Origin: Macrostomum lignano
Lineage: Eukaryota
Length of the DNA stretch: 64,000 nt
Direction: 5' to 3'
NCBI GenBank assembly: GCA_002269645.1
Contig: NIVC01001557.1
Coordinates: 186,001 to 250,000, forward strand
Part shown: piece by piece, positions 62,445 through 64,000 of the stretch
Layout: each line of letters starts with the position of its first letter
How positions within the stretch are numbered: the first letter of the stretch is position 1
Program-made: the position numbers and the translations under genes
The notes under the pieces: generated by a model
The model's database searches: none
What the model saw: the letters and a program-made list of their open reading frames with translations, nothing else
What the model was told of the DNA's origin: nothing

Positions 62445-62955
62445 ACCCACCATCCGAAATTACCCACCACCCCAAATCACCCACCACCCCAAATCACCCA
62501 ACGCACTAAAACACCCACCACCCCAAATCACCCACCACTCCAAATCACTAACCATCCCAAATCACTCAACGCCCCAAAACACCCACCACCCCAAATCACC
62601 CACCACTCCAAATCACTAACCACCCCAAATCACCCAACGCCCTAAAACACCCACCACCCCAAATCACCCACCACTCCAAATCACTAACCACCCCAAATCC
62701 CCCACCACTCCAAATCACCCAACACCCCAAATCACCCACCACCCCAAATCACCCACCACCCCAAATCACCCACCACCCCAAATCACCCACCACCCCAAAT
62801 CACCCAACGCCCTAAAACACCCACCACCCCAAATCACCCACCACCCCAAATCACTAACCACCCCAAATCCCCCACCACTCCAAATCACCCAACACCCCAA
62901 ATCACTCAACGCCCCAAAACACCCAGCACCCCAAATCAGCCAACACCCAAAGTCA
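62445..62955. repeat. 17-bp C/A-rich minisatellite (ccaaatcacccaccacc) downstream of NUDT2
   Basis: Shares the ccaccaccccaaa core with the NUDT2 intronic array. Confidence 0.9.
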
Positions 62956-64000
62956 TCAAACCCAAATCAACCCATTGTCCTTCTCGTACAACACTTCAAA
63001 CCTTTTGTATCCAGTATTTTTACTGGGAAAAGGTTGAAAACGTAATGACCCACGTAACCAAAAGAATCGCATCGATATCGCTCACTCCCCGCCGCGGGCT
63101 GTATGGGGCGATATATCGCCGATTGATATTGGGGCGATGTCACTATACGTTTGTTAAGATTGCATTGTTTTTGTATACTTGTTGGGAAAGAGATTTACAC
63201 TACGTGTTACTGATACGTGCTGCGATGGTGGCGGGATAAACTAAGCAAATCCGACTACCAGACGGAGTACCGCAAGGGCGAGAGACTGGAAATGCAGACA
63301 CACTTAGTCGGCAATCGTGTCAAAAAGGACCTTGCTTGTGCAGTGGCTCTGCGCTCGCTGTTGAGTTCAGTGACGATGAAGAGTTTAAGAGTGGTTGTCA
63401 GTCACTCGAAAACTCCCACTTCTAGACACTGGGGACAAGTGCCTAGGCACATGCAAAATCAAGTAACTCTTACTGCAGCGGATCCTCTTGCGGTCTGTAG
63501 ACGTCTGAGTCTTGTAGATTGTGGGTCTAGCTAGCTAAGCTTCGTTGAGCGGTAGCGGCGGCCGGTTTCGGTGAACAGCTGTTGTCTCCTGGAGACCTTG
63601 ACTTTATCTGTAGGTCGTCCAAAAAACGAGAGCGAATCAGAATTTCTTGCCGGTCCTCGAGCTCGGAATTAACAAATTTAGAACGTGCGCCCTAATAAAC
63701 AATTTAACTCTCTGAGTTTCTGCAAATAGGTCCTCCTGAAGGGCGCGTCTTCTTCGTTACGTCCGAAACGTAACGGATAACTCAAATTAATCAATTAATC
63801 CTCTAGAAATTTATCCTAGGAAACCAGAAGGCCTTTCTCAGATGTGTCGACAATAAACGCGCGGCTCTCGTAAACTCAATTAATCAACAATTGTTAACGC
63901 TGTAGCAAATTAGAACTAAATCGGGTAAACGCTTACCAATCGGTCAGGACTCAGGATTTCTTCTCAGAGACCGCTCCGAGTCTGAAGTTTTGACTCGGAT

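Overview
Intron-containing animal genomic DNA. GC-rich exons with polyQ/A/G runs, minisatellite-filled introns and the gene set resemble a Macrostomum-type flatworm; this is an inference, not verified. Bases 1-29205 form a large inverted duplication (arms 1-13933 and ~16097-29205) around an N-gap and a ~2-kb spacer that holds a retroelement fragment and a SINE. Each arm carries the same three-exon gene. When spliced by hand, it joins the 934-aa 'ankyrin ORF' and the two Mab-21 ORFs of the ORF track into one 1544-aa ankyrin-repeat / cGAS-like (cGLR, Mab-21) nucleotidyltransferase. This is the best candidate for a novel innate-immune sensor. The right copy is intact. The left copy has indels concentrated next to the gap, plus a 766-bp MITE upstream that is absent from the right arm. 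The rest of the window holds four conserved + strand genes: an IRS/chico-like PH-PTB adaptor, a PHF20-like Tudor-C2H2-PHD protein, a TMEM59-like membrane protein with a His-rich insert, and NUDT2 (Ap4A hydrolase). Most of their larger introns contain a distinct tandem repeat. Exon structures were derived manually from GT/AG sites and reading phase and need RNA confirmation.
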